Source: Amoebidium appalachense (Eukaryota; Protista; Ichthyosporea). Taken from it: DNA of 64,000 bases. The notes under the pieces were generated by a model that ran no database searches, was not told the origin of the DNA, and saw only the letters and a program-made list of their open reading frames with translations. Of this stretch, positions 12,873 to 33,951 are shown in pieces. Numbering within the stretch: position 1 is the first letter of the stretch; every line of letters starts with the position of its first letter. The stretch lies in assembly GCA_963693365.1 (NCBI GenBank), contig CAVNZM010000005.1, forward strand, positions 8,908,334-8,972,333, read 5' to 3'. The translations under genes and the position numbers were made by a program.

Positions 12873-14041
12873 TGCCCTCCCCTTCCCCCCCTCCCTCCCC
12901 CCCCCTCCCCCGCTTTGCACACACATACACACATAAGCACAAACCTGTTTTTCTTTACTTTCTTTCTTTTTTTCTGTTCTTGTATTTTTATCTCCATCCT
13001 TTTTCCTTCTATCCAATTCTCACCAGTGGTGTGTCTTGCAGATACCCGATCACGATCTCAAGGGCCAATCGGTGCTTGCCATTGTAGAGCATTCCGATCG
13101 TCCCAGATTTCGGGCTGCCATGACGGAAGTTTGTCCCCCCCCCCCCCCCCCCCCCCGCCTCCCCAGAGAGAGAAGGCGAGAGAGACAAACATGCGTGCCG
13201 GGAAAAGGAGGAGGGGGGGGGGGGGAGGGGGAGGGAGGGGGGGGATGGGAAGGAAGGGAGAGGGGGAGGGGGGAGGGGGGGCATGCGTTGGGTGATTTGA
13301 GCAAACTTTGGTGTGTGTATGTGTGTATAGAACCTTTGCAATCGGTGTTTTTATAGAGGAAGTATGATGTTTATTTTCTATTTTTTATTGTTTCCCCCCG
13401 AAACCGACGTGTGTTTTTTTGTTTTGCAGCTGATGGGGTCTGTGTCTGCGCAGCGGCAGTGGTGGATGGGCAGGGACAGAGTGAAGCTGTCATTGAGACT
13501 CGTGCACAGGGTACGTGTGTGTGGGTGTGGGGGGGGGGGAGTATGTATGTGGCGGGTGGGGATGTGCGTAGGTGGGTGAGTGGGTGGGTGGGTTGGGATG
13601 TGGGTTTTGTGGGCATGGGTTTGTGGGTGGGTGGGAGGAGGCCAGAGGGGAAGGGGGGCGGGGGGGGGGGGGGGGGGAGGGAGGTTGATGGAGGGTGGGG
13701 TTGATGGTATGTTTGTGGGGACCGGGAGCGGGGGAGGGGGGAGGAGGGGGAGAGGGGGCAGTGAGAATGGAAAAAGGGTAGGCGGAAGGTGGTGTGTGGT
13801 TTGGTGTCGAGGGTGCGGAATGAGAAGGGTGGAAGCTTTTTTTTTTCCTGGAGGGGGGGGAGGGGGGGGAAATGGTGTAGGGGACGTAGTGTGGGGAGAT
13901 GGAGACATGTGTGGCCCGGTAGGTTTTTGAGTGTTAGAGCCGTGGGTGTGCGTGTGCCTGGGTGGGTTGGGGAGCGAGTGGGGTGGGATGTACTACTCTG
14001 TGTGCGCGTGCGCGTGCGTGTGCATGTGCGTGCGGGCGTGC

Positions 14042-14095
<54 letters not shown>

Positions 14096-14217
14096 TGTTC
14101 AAGTCCGACTTCCTGTGCATACCTGGTTACTCTACTTCTCTGCATATCGGATGTGTGCCCTCCCTCTCTCCTTTATATCGTGCCTTGTCAGCATAAAAAA
14201 AGGTTGCTCAGATTCTT

Positions 14218-14303
<86 letters not shown>

Positions 14304-14327
14304 AAACACACAAACACACGCACACGC

Positions 14328-14406
<79 letters not shown>

Positions 14407-14590
14407 CACAGGCACAGGACCCAATCTCAACCGAAATTGCAGAGCGCTCGCCCACCGCTAGCACAAACACTGGGCCCGCCGCTGTCTATCGCCCCCACAC
14501 ATGCACTCTGAGACGGATCAAGTCCCCTGGGGGAAAAAGGATGATGTTGCTGTTGGCTTACCCTGACGACTTGAATGTGCAAACAAGTAT

Positions 14591-14626
<36 letters not shown>

Positions 14627-14717
14627 CCCCCCCCCCCCCTCCCCCCAAAAAAAATAAAATAAAATAAAAAATAAAATAAATAAAAAATAAATAACACATG
14701 AGTACGCACACGCGTGT

Positions 14718-14767
<50 letters not shown>

Positions 14768-16246
14768 TCTTCCCCCCCCCCCCCCCCCCCCCCCGACACA
14801 CTCTTCACACCCTCCCCCTCCCCTCCTCCCCACCCTCTCTGTCTGTCTCTCTCTCCCCCCCTCCCCCCTTCTCACCATCTACCCGTCCTCCCTTTATGTG
14901 ACATAACCCCCTCCCCCCCCGCACGCCCCTCCTGCCCCCCTCCTCTCCCCAAACCTCCCGATATCGCCTTTTTGAATTCGTTTTGTGCCTTTTCGTTACT
15001 TTGGAAGTTCCATTTTGTAGCCTTTAATCCAGCTCCCCCCCCCCCCCCCCCCCCTCCTCCCCCCTCCCCCCCCTCCGCCCATCACCCACCTCCTCCACCA
15101 TCCTTCTTTCTCCCCCCCGCCCGTCCCCCCTTGTGTCTTTTCGCTGCCTTCAAGCAACCCGCACTTCCATTTTAGCCGCTGAGCGGCGAGCCACATTAGT
15201 GACGCCATTCTGTGCACATTTTCCATGCTACCGTTTAGTCACGCTGGCTCTGTCGTATGTCAAAATCGGCATGTGACACAATTTGATGGCGTCTCTTGAT
15301 TGGCGAGACGCATTTGAGAAATGTGGCTCTTGCCCAGACGCTAAAATGGGAGAAGCAGTGGTTGGTCTAACGTCCAAGCATCAAGGTCTATTCTATGTCA
15401 AAACAACGTCAAATTCGTGGACTTGGCTTTGCCTACATGTGGTACGATACTCTTTTCTGTATTATGCCGACTTATGAATTTGATGTTTATGTCGTTTCTT
15501 TCTCATGTGACGTCAAATTGACGTCAAACTGCTGATGTCTCCGAGTGGCTCTGGAGCGGTCGGTGCCGAAACACACCGAGTGCAGCGAATGGTTTCTATC
15601 ATATATAGGATGCCCATATCAAGGATATTGCCATTCGGGGAGAATTCCATGCATTCCACTGAGAAAATTCCGACATACGTAATCGTTAAATAACTTAAAT
15701 GAAATATAAACCCCTACGTATACAGTTCCCCACTCTATTTGTGAGCGTGTGGGTCGGTGTGGTGGGGACGGTGGGCCTGCGGTTGCTTACGACAACTACG
15801 GGTTGCACACGATGGACGGGATGTGGATTCACTTGACGGCGGGAAACACAAACGGAGGTGCGTGTTGTGCCTTCCTCCCCCCCCTCCCCCCCCCCCCCTC
15901 CACACACACACACAGACACAAACTCGTGTATGTACGTGTGTGTGGGTGTGGGTGTGGGTGCGTGGGTGTGTGTGTGCGTGTGTGTGGGTGTCTTATGTGT
16001 GTGTCTGTGTTTGTGTGGGTGTGGGGGTGGGGGTGGGGGCGTGTGTGGGTGTGCGTGTGGGAATGGGTGTCTTGAGAGTGTGAGTGCATGTCTTGGAACG
16101 TGTCTTTGCATCTCTGTGCGTGTCTTTGTATGTGTGTCGTTGCGTCTGAACGCATCCATGGTTTGCTTGTTTGTCTGTGTTTGGGCGGTGGGGGGAGGAG
16201 GGGAGGGAAGGGGGGGGGGGGGGGGGGAGGGGGGATCACACTATGT

Positions 16247-16292
<46 letters not shown>

Positions 16293-17416
16293 CATGTAGG
16301 GTTTGTGCATGTAGTGTTGGTGTGTGTCTGGTGGAGGGGGGAAAGGGGGGAGGGGGGGGGAGGATGGTGGTGTTTGCACGTGTGAATGTGTGTGGGTGGA
16401 TGTGGGTGGGTACCTGGTGCAAGTGTGTGGGGTAATAGGTGTCTGTGGTGCCTGTGCGTGTGAAGGCGAATCTCTCCTCTGCAACTGTGCAATGTCTGTC
16501 TGTTCTCGTGTTCGTGCCTTCGCTCTTTCAGAAAAAGGAGTGGGGGCAGTCGTTTAGTCTGCTAAGAAGAGCATATACCCTGCTTGCTATCCAAGCAAAA
16601 TTCTTGCAAATCCTCCCTCCAGCCCCTCCCTTCCCCCCCCCCCCCCCCCCCCCTCCCCAACCCCCCCCCCCCCCCTTCTCCCCCGTAACGGCCCCAAAAC
16701 GTTATTTATGCACACACACGCATGCAGGCACCCGTGGACACCAACAGACGCGCTTGGATGCGCGCTCATGCGCACACAACACAAACACACACACACACAC
16801 ACACACATACAGGCAAACACACACACTCATGCAACGCACGAAACACACACACACACACACTCACTCACTCACTCACTCACTCACTCACTCACTCACACAG
16901 ACAATCTGGGGTATGCGCCTAACGCCTACATGTCTCGCACCATCTACGACTTTATGGCCCCGGCAGATGTCGAAGCAGTGGCTCCCCTTCACTTGTACGT
17001 GTCTCTCTCTCTCTCTCTCTCCCCCCCCCCCACCCCCTCCCCTCCATACGATTACCGGGAAATAGAAAGGGGGAAAAGGGGGAAAAGTGGGCAAGAAACA
17101 CAGAAGCACACGGGAAAGTGGGAAGATTCATAAGGCGCAAAAGGGTTAAAGAATGTTTGAAGGAATCCTCCCCCGACCCCCCCCCCCCCCCCCCCCCCCC
17201 CCTTTCTCCCTTCCCCCTCCCTCCCCCCTCCTCCCTCAACCCACCCACGGAACCTCTTCTCACACTTGCTTCTTTCCTCTCTTACATGCACCATACTCTC
17301 TCACTTTTCTCTCAATACCCCTCTCCTCACCCCTCCCTCCCTCCCTCCCCTCCCCCCCCCCCCCCCCCCTCCCCCCTCCCCCCCTCCCCCCCCCCCCCCC
17401 CCAAAAAAAAACCCTC

Positions 17417-17453
<37 letters not shown>

Positions 17454-17496
17454 AGGAATACACACACTCACTCTCTCACTCACACACTCAGACTGT

Positions 17497-17549
<53 letters not shown>

Positions 17550-18526
17550 ATACACACACAGGCTGTGTGTTTCTCAGAAGGCGGTCGTCCGGATATTTGC
17601 GCGGATGCGGACCTCCCACGGCAGATTTGCAACAGTGATAGCCACCTCCAGGCTGGGGTGAGTGTGTGTGTGTGTTTGCATGTGTGTGTGTGTGTGTGCG
17701 TGGGTGCGTGTGCATGTGTGCGTGGGTAAGTGTGCGTGTGGGTGTGTGGGTGTATTTGGGTGTAGTTGGGTGTGTATAGGTGGGTAGGTGGGTGGGTGTC
17801 TGGGCGAGTGTGTGTGGGTGTAGGGGTGTAGGTGGGTGGGTGGGTGTGGTTGTAGGTGTAGATGGACGGGAATGAGTGGTTGGGTGGGGCCAGAAAGGGC
17901 CTACATATAAATCGGCCCAAAGAACCCCCCCCCCCCCCCCCCCCCCCTTCCCCCCCTTTAACCCCAATATATCCCGTGCAGTGTTAACCGGCGTACCGGT
18001 GAGGCCACGCACATCCTGTCTCATGCCCACCATGCCGACGTCGTCGGAACCAATGAGCTGCAGCCACTGGTCCAGGACTACAGGTGCGGTGGTTTCTGAT
18101 TGGCTCTCTCAGAATGGCGGCGTGGGAGAGAAAGGAGGGTGGTGGTGGTGGTGTGTGTGTGTTTGTGTGTGGTGGGCGGGGAGGGGGGGGGGGGGGGGGG
18201 AGGTAAAGGGAAGAGGGGTGTGGATTGACGTGAGAGAGTGTGTGTGTGTGGAGGGTGTGTGTGTGTGTGTGTGTGGTGGGGGGGGGGGGGGGGGGGGTTG
18301 TTGGGTGATGTGGTGGGCATGGATTTGTATTGGTAGATGGGTGGGTGAGTGGGCAGGTGCCGTGTGCTCGTTCATACGTGTGTACGTTTTCTGCGAACGA
18401 CCTGTTGGAAGGGAAAAATCACAAACATGCAAGACACTGCCATTTCTTGTGATTACTCCTTCTTGTTCATGGTGTCTGTCACAAACCCACATGCAAGCAG
18501 GCGCACATACATTCTCTCCTATCCCT

Positions 18527-18561
<35 letters not shown>

Positions 18562-18599
18562 CCCACAAACACGCAGACGCACACGCTCACACACACAAA

Positions 18600-18682
<83 letters not shown>

Positions 18683-19050
18683 GCACACACAGGATCCAGG
18701 GCCACGAAGTAGTCGAGTATGATGAGGTGAATGAGCTGTATACTATGATTGAAAAATTGGCCCTGGAAAGAAGGTTGGAACACCCCCCTTCCCCCCTGCC
18801 CACCCCACCCTTCCCCCCACCCCCCCCTCCCCCACCCCTCCCACCCACACACACACACACTCATACACGTAAGACACACAAAAACTGCTCACACACACAC
18901 ACACCCACACAAACAAGACACACATACACACACGCACACACTCACCCACTCAATCACCCACCTCATTTACTCATACTCATACACGCACACAGACACCCCA
19001 CGCACACACGCACACAGTGTCGCAACACACATAAACACACACACTCGTAC

Positions 19051-19102
<52 letters not shown>

Positions 19103-19535
19103 GCGTGCAGCACGCACGTACACACACACATGCACTAGACACACACACACACACATCACAAAAAGACACATGACGAGGCTATACAAATAGTGATTTACAG
19201 TGGAGATCTAATAAGTATAAGGTGGCATCGTTTGCATGCCCAAACAACACACACACACACCAGTTTAAACGGTCATGTATCGCCAAATGTGGTTTGATAG
19301 ACCACATAATACCGCAACACACACACGTCACATTCACAACAGACACCCAGAAAGATAGCCTACCTAAAAATTACAACATCCTTGATTTTATATAAACACG
19401 CGAAAGTACGACCTGTTTATTAGATGTATTGATTGGCTTGAGAAACACATCATTACAAAATTCTAGCACACACACGCACACACACATACACACACACACA
19501 CAACCAGCTGATACCGAGTGTCCCAGGGGAGCCCG

Positions 19536-19570
<35 letters not shown>

Positions 19571-21029
19571 GGGGAACCCTAATTGATTTTTCTTACTCTT
19601 TATGGTGTCTCGTAGAGAAAGTAAACCCTGATATAAAGTCAGCACCCGACATCTATGTACCTGATCATGATATACCGTTGAGGGGATATTCCGAGCAAAA
19701 ACCCCCCATACCTGAGACTGGTCTCTTTTTGCCTCGAGTAAACAGCGTAAACCTCATAGTGATTTCAGATGAGGAAACCCCCAATCAGGGATCGACCGGG
19801 CTCCCTGCTAACATAATCAAAAACCCGAGAAATCACATCCAATTTGCCACTGCTTGCAGAAACAGATAGATTTACTTTGGATATACTGGGAACTTAAATG
19901 ATGGGCCATCGTGATTTCCATACGACTTTTCTTAGAGCTCAGGCTGGGGAGAACGCTATGATTCATCAGTGCAACCGCTTCCCCCCCCCCCCCCCCCCTC
20001 CCCCCCCCTCCCCCCCAAACAATAAAACAATAACAACAATAGTAATATTGATAATAAAAAAATAATTTCTGCAGGGTCGAATACCAAGCAAGGAGGGAGG
20101 TCGCATGGAAGGCGGAGGAACAGCTCATTTTAAAGGAGCTTTCTGATTGGAAGGCCTCCACCCACGGGTTCCCCAACCGAAAATCGGAAAATCCGGAAAA
20201 CTTGCGCACGCCGCGGTCCGTGCAATCGGAGAGAGGATCGGATGGAGCAACCACCCCGCTTGTCACCGCGACCGAAGCCATGCACCTTGGCGGGGCCTTG
20301 TTTTCGAACCCAATCTCACCAAACCCCGCTGCACCAAATCACAACTACACTTCCAATGGAAATTTCGGAGATTCAGTTCGATTGGATCCCCCCTTAGTCG
20401 CTACAGCTGCACGCCACAACATCGCAATAGACGTTTCCCCGTTTTCGTTATCCCTGGGCTCGCCGGCTGCGGCAGAAACGACCCCGGCTCCGGCTCGTGC
20501 CGTTGCATCATCCGTCGCAATGGGTCCCCCATTTGAAAATTCGTCCCGGAGAGATATAGTGCCCCATGGGGCGGCATCGCGTCTCCCCTCTAACCTCTCT
20601 GCGTTTTCTACCACACCGGGTGACGGTGGGGGTTTTTCGTCTCCTCCGACCACACAGACTTTTGCTACGGACACGGCATTGTTGGGGGCTTTTGCAAACT
20701 TCGCGCGTACCCCTGGGCGTTCGGTAGAATCCATCTCGCGAACATCGAGCGACCGGAGCCACGAAAACCGGGCCGGGGCTGGTTTCGCCCCGACTTCGAC
20801 GACTACGGATCGGATTGAGGAGTGGCTTCATTCATTGGATGAGACGGATCCGGTTTACGGGGCGGGTGAGGGGGCGCACATTCCTCTGGATCTGACGGAT
20901 CCTGTTAATCCGCGTTTTTCACTGGGAGAGGGTCATGCGTCGATTGAGGCGTTCTTGAACCAGGTGCTGAGCGATCCGTTGTCGTTGGATATTTCTGTTG
21001 TTGCGCAATCCCCACCCGTAGGCATGTAG
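9138..21029 (+). CDS. bHLH-PAS transcription factor (bHLH, PAS-A, PAS-B/PAC, S/P/T-rich C-terminal tail), ~746 aa, 13 exons
   Basis: Phase-compatible GT-AG exons: 9138-9159 (tentative), 9629-9735, 10782-10846, 11469-11528, 11942-12220, 13430-13510, 14418-14586, 15726-15857, 16901-16994, 17562-17657, 17982-18083, 18693-18773, 20075-21029. bHLH: [50 protein letters not shown]: [22 protein letters not shown]...[15 protein letters not shown]: [12 protein letters not shown]...[32 protein letters not shown]: [14 protein letters not shown]...[12 protein letters not shown]. The model needs one 2-nt frame correction near 11976-11988. Confidence 0.85.
10829..11031 (+). repeat. Local tandem duplication of the bHLH exon end and splice donor
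   Basis: CCTGTTTATGGC[C/T]GCAGAGTACGT...AAAGGTACT...GTTAATGATAT occurs at 10829-10917 and again at 10944-11031. Confidence 0.85.
11606..11871. mobile_element. MITE (~265 bp) with 11-bp terminal inverted repeats, in a bHLH-PAS intron
   Basis: Ends are AGCATGATGGC ... GCCATCATGCT; a diverged inverted copy lies at 26522-26787. Confidence 0.75.
19679..19753 (+). repeat. Dispersed repeat R4 (second copy 59758-59835)
   Basis: TGAGGGGATATTCCGAGCAAAA(C)nATACCTGAGACTGG...TTGCCTCGAGTAAACAGCGTAAACC at both sites. Confidence 0.8.
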
Positions 21030-21251
21030 ATATACGAAGTGTGGATAGCCCGAGATTTGAATTTTCAAGTTTTTGTAGTCTGATTCGTCCCGATGGATGG
21101 ATATGTATAATGTAACTTCAGGGTTGGGAGAGGCTGTGGTGTTTTTAAATGTTTCTTTTTTGAGCTACGTAGGGTGTGTCTCCAGTTTTTTGCGTATATC
21201 TGTTTTACAATGAGTGATGTGTGCAGTGGAATGTATCATCCCCCCCTCCCC

Positions 21252-21284
<33 letters not shown>

Positions 21285-22528
21285 CACACACGCACCCACG
21301 TGCACGCACGCAGGCGCACAGGCACACACATACACACAGACTGACTGATATGTTTTGTTCTATAACGAAGTTGTTGTTGTTAATCACGGGTTTTTCTATT
21401 CGACGCGCGTGTTTGTGTTGATATGTTATAAATACATGTTGTGTTACTCCTCCTTTTCCTCCCTCCTCTTTGCAAAAAAAAAAAAAAAAAACTTTCTTTT
21501 TCTTTATGTATATGGTTGTGTCTAAACCCGACAGGAAATCTTTGAGACTCTGTTTTCCGGTGGAGAGAGATTACAGTTTCATGATCATTCATTATTCCAC
21601 CTCTTTTTTAAATCATATATATATTTCACCTCCCAAGGTTTCCTCCCCCTGAATGTTGTGTGTGGAGATGGTAGGTGGCTTTAAAAATTATTCTTCTGTG
21701 GTAGAGAGAGAGAAATGCGAATTAGACAAGAAAGTAGGAAAAAAGGTCGTGAAAATTTGAGTCTTTTTTTATAAAAAAAAAAACTTTTTTCTCCCTGAAG
21801 TGTTCATTAAGTGAATGATGTTGTATGTAAGTGATAAGTAACTATAAAGATGGTATTTTTACGTAGAGATAATCACTGTTAAATCATATTCAGGCGCTGT
21901 GAGTCACCGTTTTCTTTTCCTTCCGTATTTTCCTATTGCAGGCTCGTTATGTGATTGCTTCTGGTTTCATACTCTCACAAACTCTTTTAACCGTGTTTAC
22001 ATTACACACACCGCATTAAACTAAAACAACTAGGAAAAAACCTTAAAGAAAACCTGTTATATCTCCAAATATAATGTATATCTTGTAACGCTGTTATCTA
22101 CATATGTACCTTGTTGGGTGGAGGTATTGTTGGCCTTGGTCCCTGCACCTCATGAGAGGTGACAAGTATGTCGATATAATAAAACACCACATCCCCTTAC
22201 CCTCCTCCTCCCCCCCCCCCCCCCCTCCCCCCCCCGGCCCCACTTCCCGTCCCTTGATGTTGATAATAAACACAGCCCCTTCTCCCCCCACCACCACCAC
22301 CGCCGCCACCACGTGCACACACACACGCACACACACACACACACGTACACACACACACCCCACCACCACCACCACCACCACCACCACACGTGCGCGCGCG
22401 CACACACACACACACATGCGCCCGCACGCGCACACACACACACGCACACATACGCACACACACAGACAGACACTGTCAGACAGATGTACACACACACAAA
22501 CAAACAAACACAGACGTATACACACACA

Positions 22529-22590
<62 letters not shown>

Positions 22591-22672
22591 ATGCTTGTAC
22601 AATTTTGTAGAGAAAGGGCTGCAACATGATGGATCGGCCAGAATCTTTCTTTCTTTCTTTTTTTTTTCTTTT

Positions 22673-22719
<47 letters not shown>

Positions 22720-22841
22720 TACATTATAATCAGTGAGCTCGCAGCTTGTAGCCTCGGATTTATTTTATGCACGGGCACACTTTTCAAACACTACATTCAG
22801 TCTACTCACACGTATCTGTGTATATACTGTTTACAAACGTA

Positions 22842-22872
<31 letters not shown>

Positions 22873-22896
22873 ATATATATATATATATAAATACTA

Positions 22897-22942
<46 letters not shown>

Positions 22943-23641
22943 AGTTGTCCAAATTTACAGAGTGGAGAACACAGGAGACAGTGTGTGGAGATATGGGATC
23001 ATATCAGGATTTCATTCGAAATTCCTCGCATTCCTTGGCCAGTTATCAACTCTTGTAATTGAAAATTTTTACAAGCGAATAGCTCAGAAGATACGTATAC
23101 ACATGCATAGCCTAAGGACCATTTCCACAAAACACCTAGGCCTTAATTGCTTCGAGATACCAACTTATAAAACGGTGGAGTCTGAATTTGACGGTGATTT
23201 TTTGAGGTGTGGAAACAAGTACATTGCAAGTTAATGTGTGGTTTAAAGTGTATAAAGAGCTAATGTAATGTAATCATACATGCCTTCCCAGTAAGTGCTG
23301 GAGATGTGTGCCGTAGCTGCTGTGCTTACTTCGTTCGTTCGTAAATTACATATTTACAAGTACAAATCCGATTTGCATAATAGTGCGTAACATAAAGACA
23401 GAATAGAATTATCCGTAAATTGTAAATGCGGAAACCTGGTTTGGACAGTCTTGTGCGACCCCATGGCAGCACACTTGGTAGATACGCAAGCCACCTGAAA
23501 AACAAATAAAATTTCATGAAGAAACAAAATTGTGTTCACCAATATTAAAAAAAGGCGTACGTGGACACAGCGCTGTTACACATAAGAGTACGAGGGCGAA
23601 AAGCCAGGCAATATCACGGAAATTCGTGCAAATTTGCGAAA

Positions 23642-30548
<6,907 letters not shown>

Positions 30549-32355
30549 CGTGGAGTAGTTAGCCAGCCTGGGTAGTGCACTATTGTTAATTGTGTTTGTG
30601 CTCCTATGATGCACCTCAATTTAGAGGTCACTGAATATCACGGTTCTCTGAACGAGCGAATGAACGGGGATAAAGTTTGAAAATAACTCGAGCGGGATTC
30701 AATACAAAATGTGAGGGAACTGAGCCTCAGTATTTGAACACAAAAGGTATGATTTAACTCTGCAAGTGGACCAAAAAATGTGAGCATTAACTTAGTGACT
30801 GAACAGAATCACATGTAACTAATAGTAAATCTGGTGCAAGCTCAAATGGATGGTTTGGGCTGCATTGAATGCATAAGCATCTGCATCGGTTGCAATCAAC
30901 AAACCAGTTGGATTCACAACTAACATTAACGGAAATTTATCAAATAGACAATTAATAAATAAAATAAAAATTTCAGACAACCATGCACGGTGGTTAGTGC
31001 GCGCATGCTCTGTTGCTCTTTGATGTGCCACAGGCTACAGGCCATTCGAATCTATGTGAAGCTTCGTGGTTACTTCAGAATCTATGTTGTGAGAGTGTGG
31101 TTAAATGGGGAGTGTAGTGTTACGCCGTGATTTACTGAAGTTTTTTTTTGGGTTAAAGAAACGAACTGCTCTTACTTTCGAGTTGATTTCTACATTTATA
31201 TCTGGTTGGCATGGGTTGGGAACTGTCGGGCATATGATCACTTGTATGAGGTGCGACGACCTTTTGCATGTGTATGGCAGCATGGTGTGTATGTACATAG
31301 GTTTCTCAGTGATATGATGGGCGAATAAAGAGGCATTCCTTGCGGAACCCGGAAGAAATTCCAGAAATCTCTGGACGCATTCTATCTAAGCAATGGATTT
31401 TGGGTATCCATCCGTGATCCAGGGTTCGCAGCGAACGGTTATTTTCAACCACAGGAAAACCATTAAAGCATGCAGTTTTCGTAAACTTTTCTTATTTGCA
31501 TATCTTTCCGTCGAATAAATCCAGCCAAAAGAACAACTTTTCTTCTCTCATGTGTTTCCAAAATTTATAAATTGATAATCAATTACTATGAACCTCCGGC
31601 AAACACCTCTTAGAGCGGCGTCTGGTTTGATCATATCATTGGAATTCATTTCGACGTTCTTCTCTTATCTTTTGCATGAATTTGATTGGATTGTTTTTAT
31701 ACTTGCATTCCTGCGGCACACCTCGTGAGTCGTGAGTCGTGACTACATAGGGCCTTATGAAAATATCCTGTTTTTCGCCCTGAGTATCAAACTGGAAATA
31801 TCACGAAAATATCGCAAAGGCCCCAGATTATCCCGCTTTTTTTTTTCGCGAATGCCCTGAGTATCATCTCAACCTATCCCGAAAACCTCCCTGATTATCA
31901 AAAGATATATCAAAAGTATCCTATTTGTGCCCTGATTATCAGGCCCAAGTATCCAGTCCAGACAACTTACCTCTTTCCCTACGGGTGTCTGCTACACTAG
32001 CTGGCAACTTGAACACTTTAGACTTTTTGTTGAATTCTGTTGGTCGTCACATTGAGTATTTATATGATTTTCACACAGTGTTCAGGTATCTCAGTATGCA
32101 CTTGTTACTGGATAACTCGTGAAGTTTTTATTGATTGTCTTCTCAGTATGCCGTGCATACTTGCATATCTTTCCGTCGAATAAATCCAGTCAAAAGAAAA
32201 AAAAAACAAAAAAAAACTTACTGGTTATGTAGCCTGTGGCTGCACGTTGTTACACGTTGCCTTCATCAACGGATCAATAAAACCGAGTCAAAAGAAAAAC
32301 TTTACTGACTAAGCATATCACCCGAATATCTAAGGCGAATACACGTGTGCACACG

Positions 32356-32526
<171 letters not shown>

Positions 32527-33259
32527 CGCCTTTTTCGTCTGCATCTTGCGTGCCCGTTCGATGGCCATGGCTGCACCCTTGGGCGATATTAGCCGACTGG
32601 GAGGCGAACAACGCGTTGAGTTGGGCCCGGGCCGCGACTTGCTGGGTTACTTCAGGAACAACGACAGTTTTAGGCACAACACTGGTGTCCATCTGCATGT
32701 TGGACTCGACCTGTGGGGGGCACTCTCGCCAGTGCCGATAATGGCCGGCGCCATAGAGGAGGCGGCGGCAGACGTATGCATGTCTGCAGTCATGTTTGCC
32801 GCCGCCTTCTCTTGCCCAAGGGTGCAGATAAGAACGCTTGGTTTCACAAAAAGTAAACGTGTCTGAAGTGGAAGAACTGACCGAGAAAGCCCAAAAACCA
32901 CTCTTTGTACCGATGAAAAGAAGTTGCACATGTGTCAACTGTCAAAACCGCCTGTCTGGGGCGGGAACTTGAGTGATTGGTAGTTTCCAGTGCAAGGCGT
33001 ATTATGGCGGGAGCTTGGCACATTGGTTCGATGTGAAATCCAACTGCCCAAATATGGCTATTGTAACATTCATTACTTCTTTTGGCTTATTTACCTCTTG
33101 CTTGATTGGCGGCCTTTGGCGGCAAAACTCCCTAGTGGAAACCCCACAACACATATAGATAACTCCAATAATACCCCCTAGGTGGACGTGATATATCCCG
33201 CAGGATATATCACCTTTTCAGAGATCCATTTTGATATACCAATTTTTGCACCCCCCCCA

Positions 33260-33377
33260 GGGGTTTACACACTTTTTATTGCGTGGACACTGCCGGAGGC
33301 CCAGCCACGTTTTCCAGCACAGCCAATCAAATGCAGCCAGTGACATATGTACATGCTAGGCAACAATGAGCGCCATC
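33260..33377 (-). repeat. Dispersed repeat R1, internally deleted copy
   Basis: The reverse complement matches ~47645-47779 with a short internal deletion. Confidence 0.8.
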
Positions 33378-33694
33378 TCACCTGATAGATCTCGGGGGTG
33401 CCCTGATTTCTGGTATCTAACTTGCCCCTGAATATCACCTAGACACACGGGATCTTTTCATAAAGTGACGTCCTCGTCTCCTGGCTTGGCAGTGCACGTG
33501 CAACGCGTGTCCGTACAACGGGTTCGTGACAAACCTACCTCACACGTACTGACGGTGTGCACGCGCTGCGATGAACTTAACGACCGCGTGCATGCTTTCT
33601 GTCGCGGCGCCTCGACGGTTCGATAGAGTCCAGTGTTCGCTGAATGTGTAAGGAAAAGTAAGGAGCCATCTCAGTAGGTGGCAACAAACCTACC

Positions 33695-33951
33695 ACCTAC
33701 CACCTACTGAGGCGGTGTCTCCTTTCTTTTTTTTTTTTTCTTCATTTTTTTTTTACTTAAAAGGGACGCCTGAGTAGATGTATAACGTCGCACGTACGGC
33801 AACACGTCAGTACGTGTTAGACCTACCACCTACTGAGGCGGTGTCTCCCTTTTCTTTTTTTTCTTTTTTTTTTTTTTTTTTTTTTTGCAAAAAGGGGCCG
33901 CCTCAAGTAATGTATAACGTCGCACGTGCGGCAACACGTCAGTACGTGTTA
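33695..33951 (+). repeat. Tandem duplication of a ~125-bp unit
   Basis: ACCTACCACCTACTGAGGCGGTGTCTCC(T)n...ATGTATAACGTCGCACGT.CGGCAACACGTCAGTACGTGTTAG occurs twice. Confidence 0.8.
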
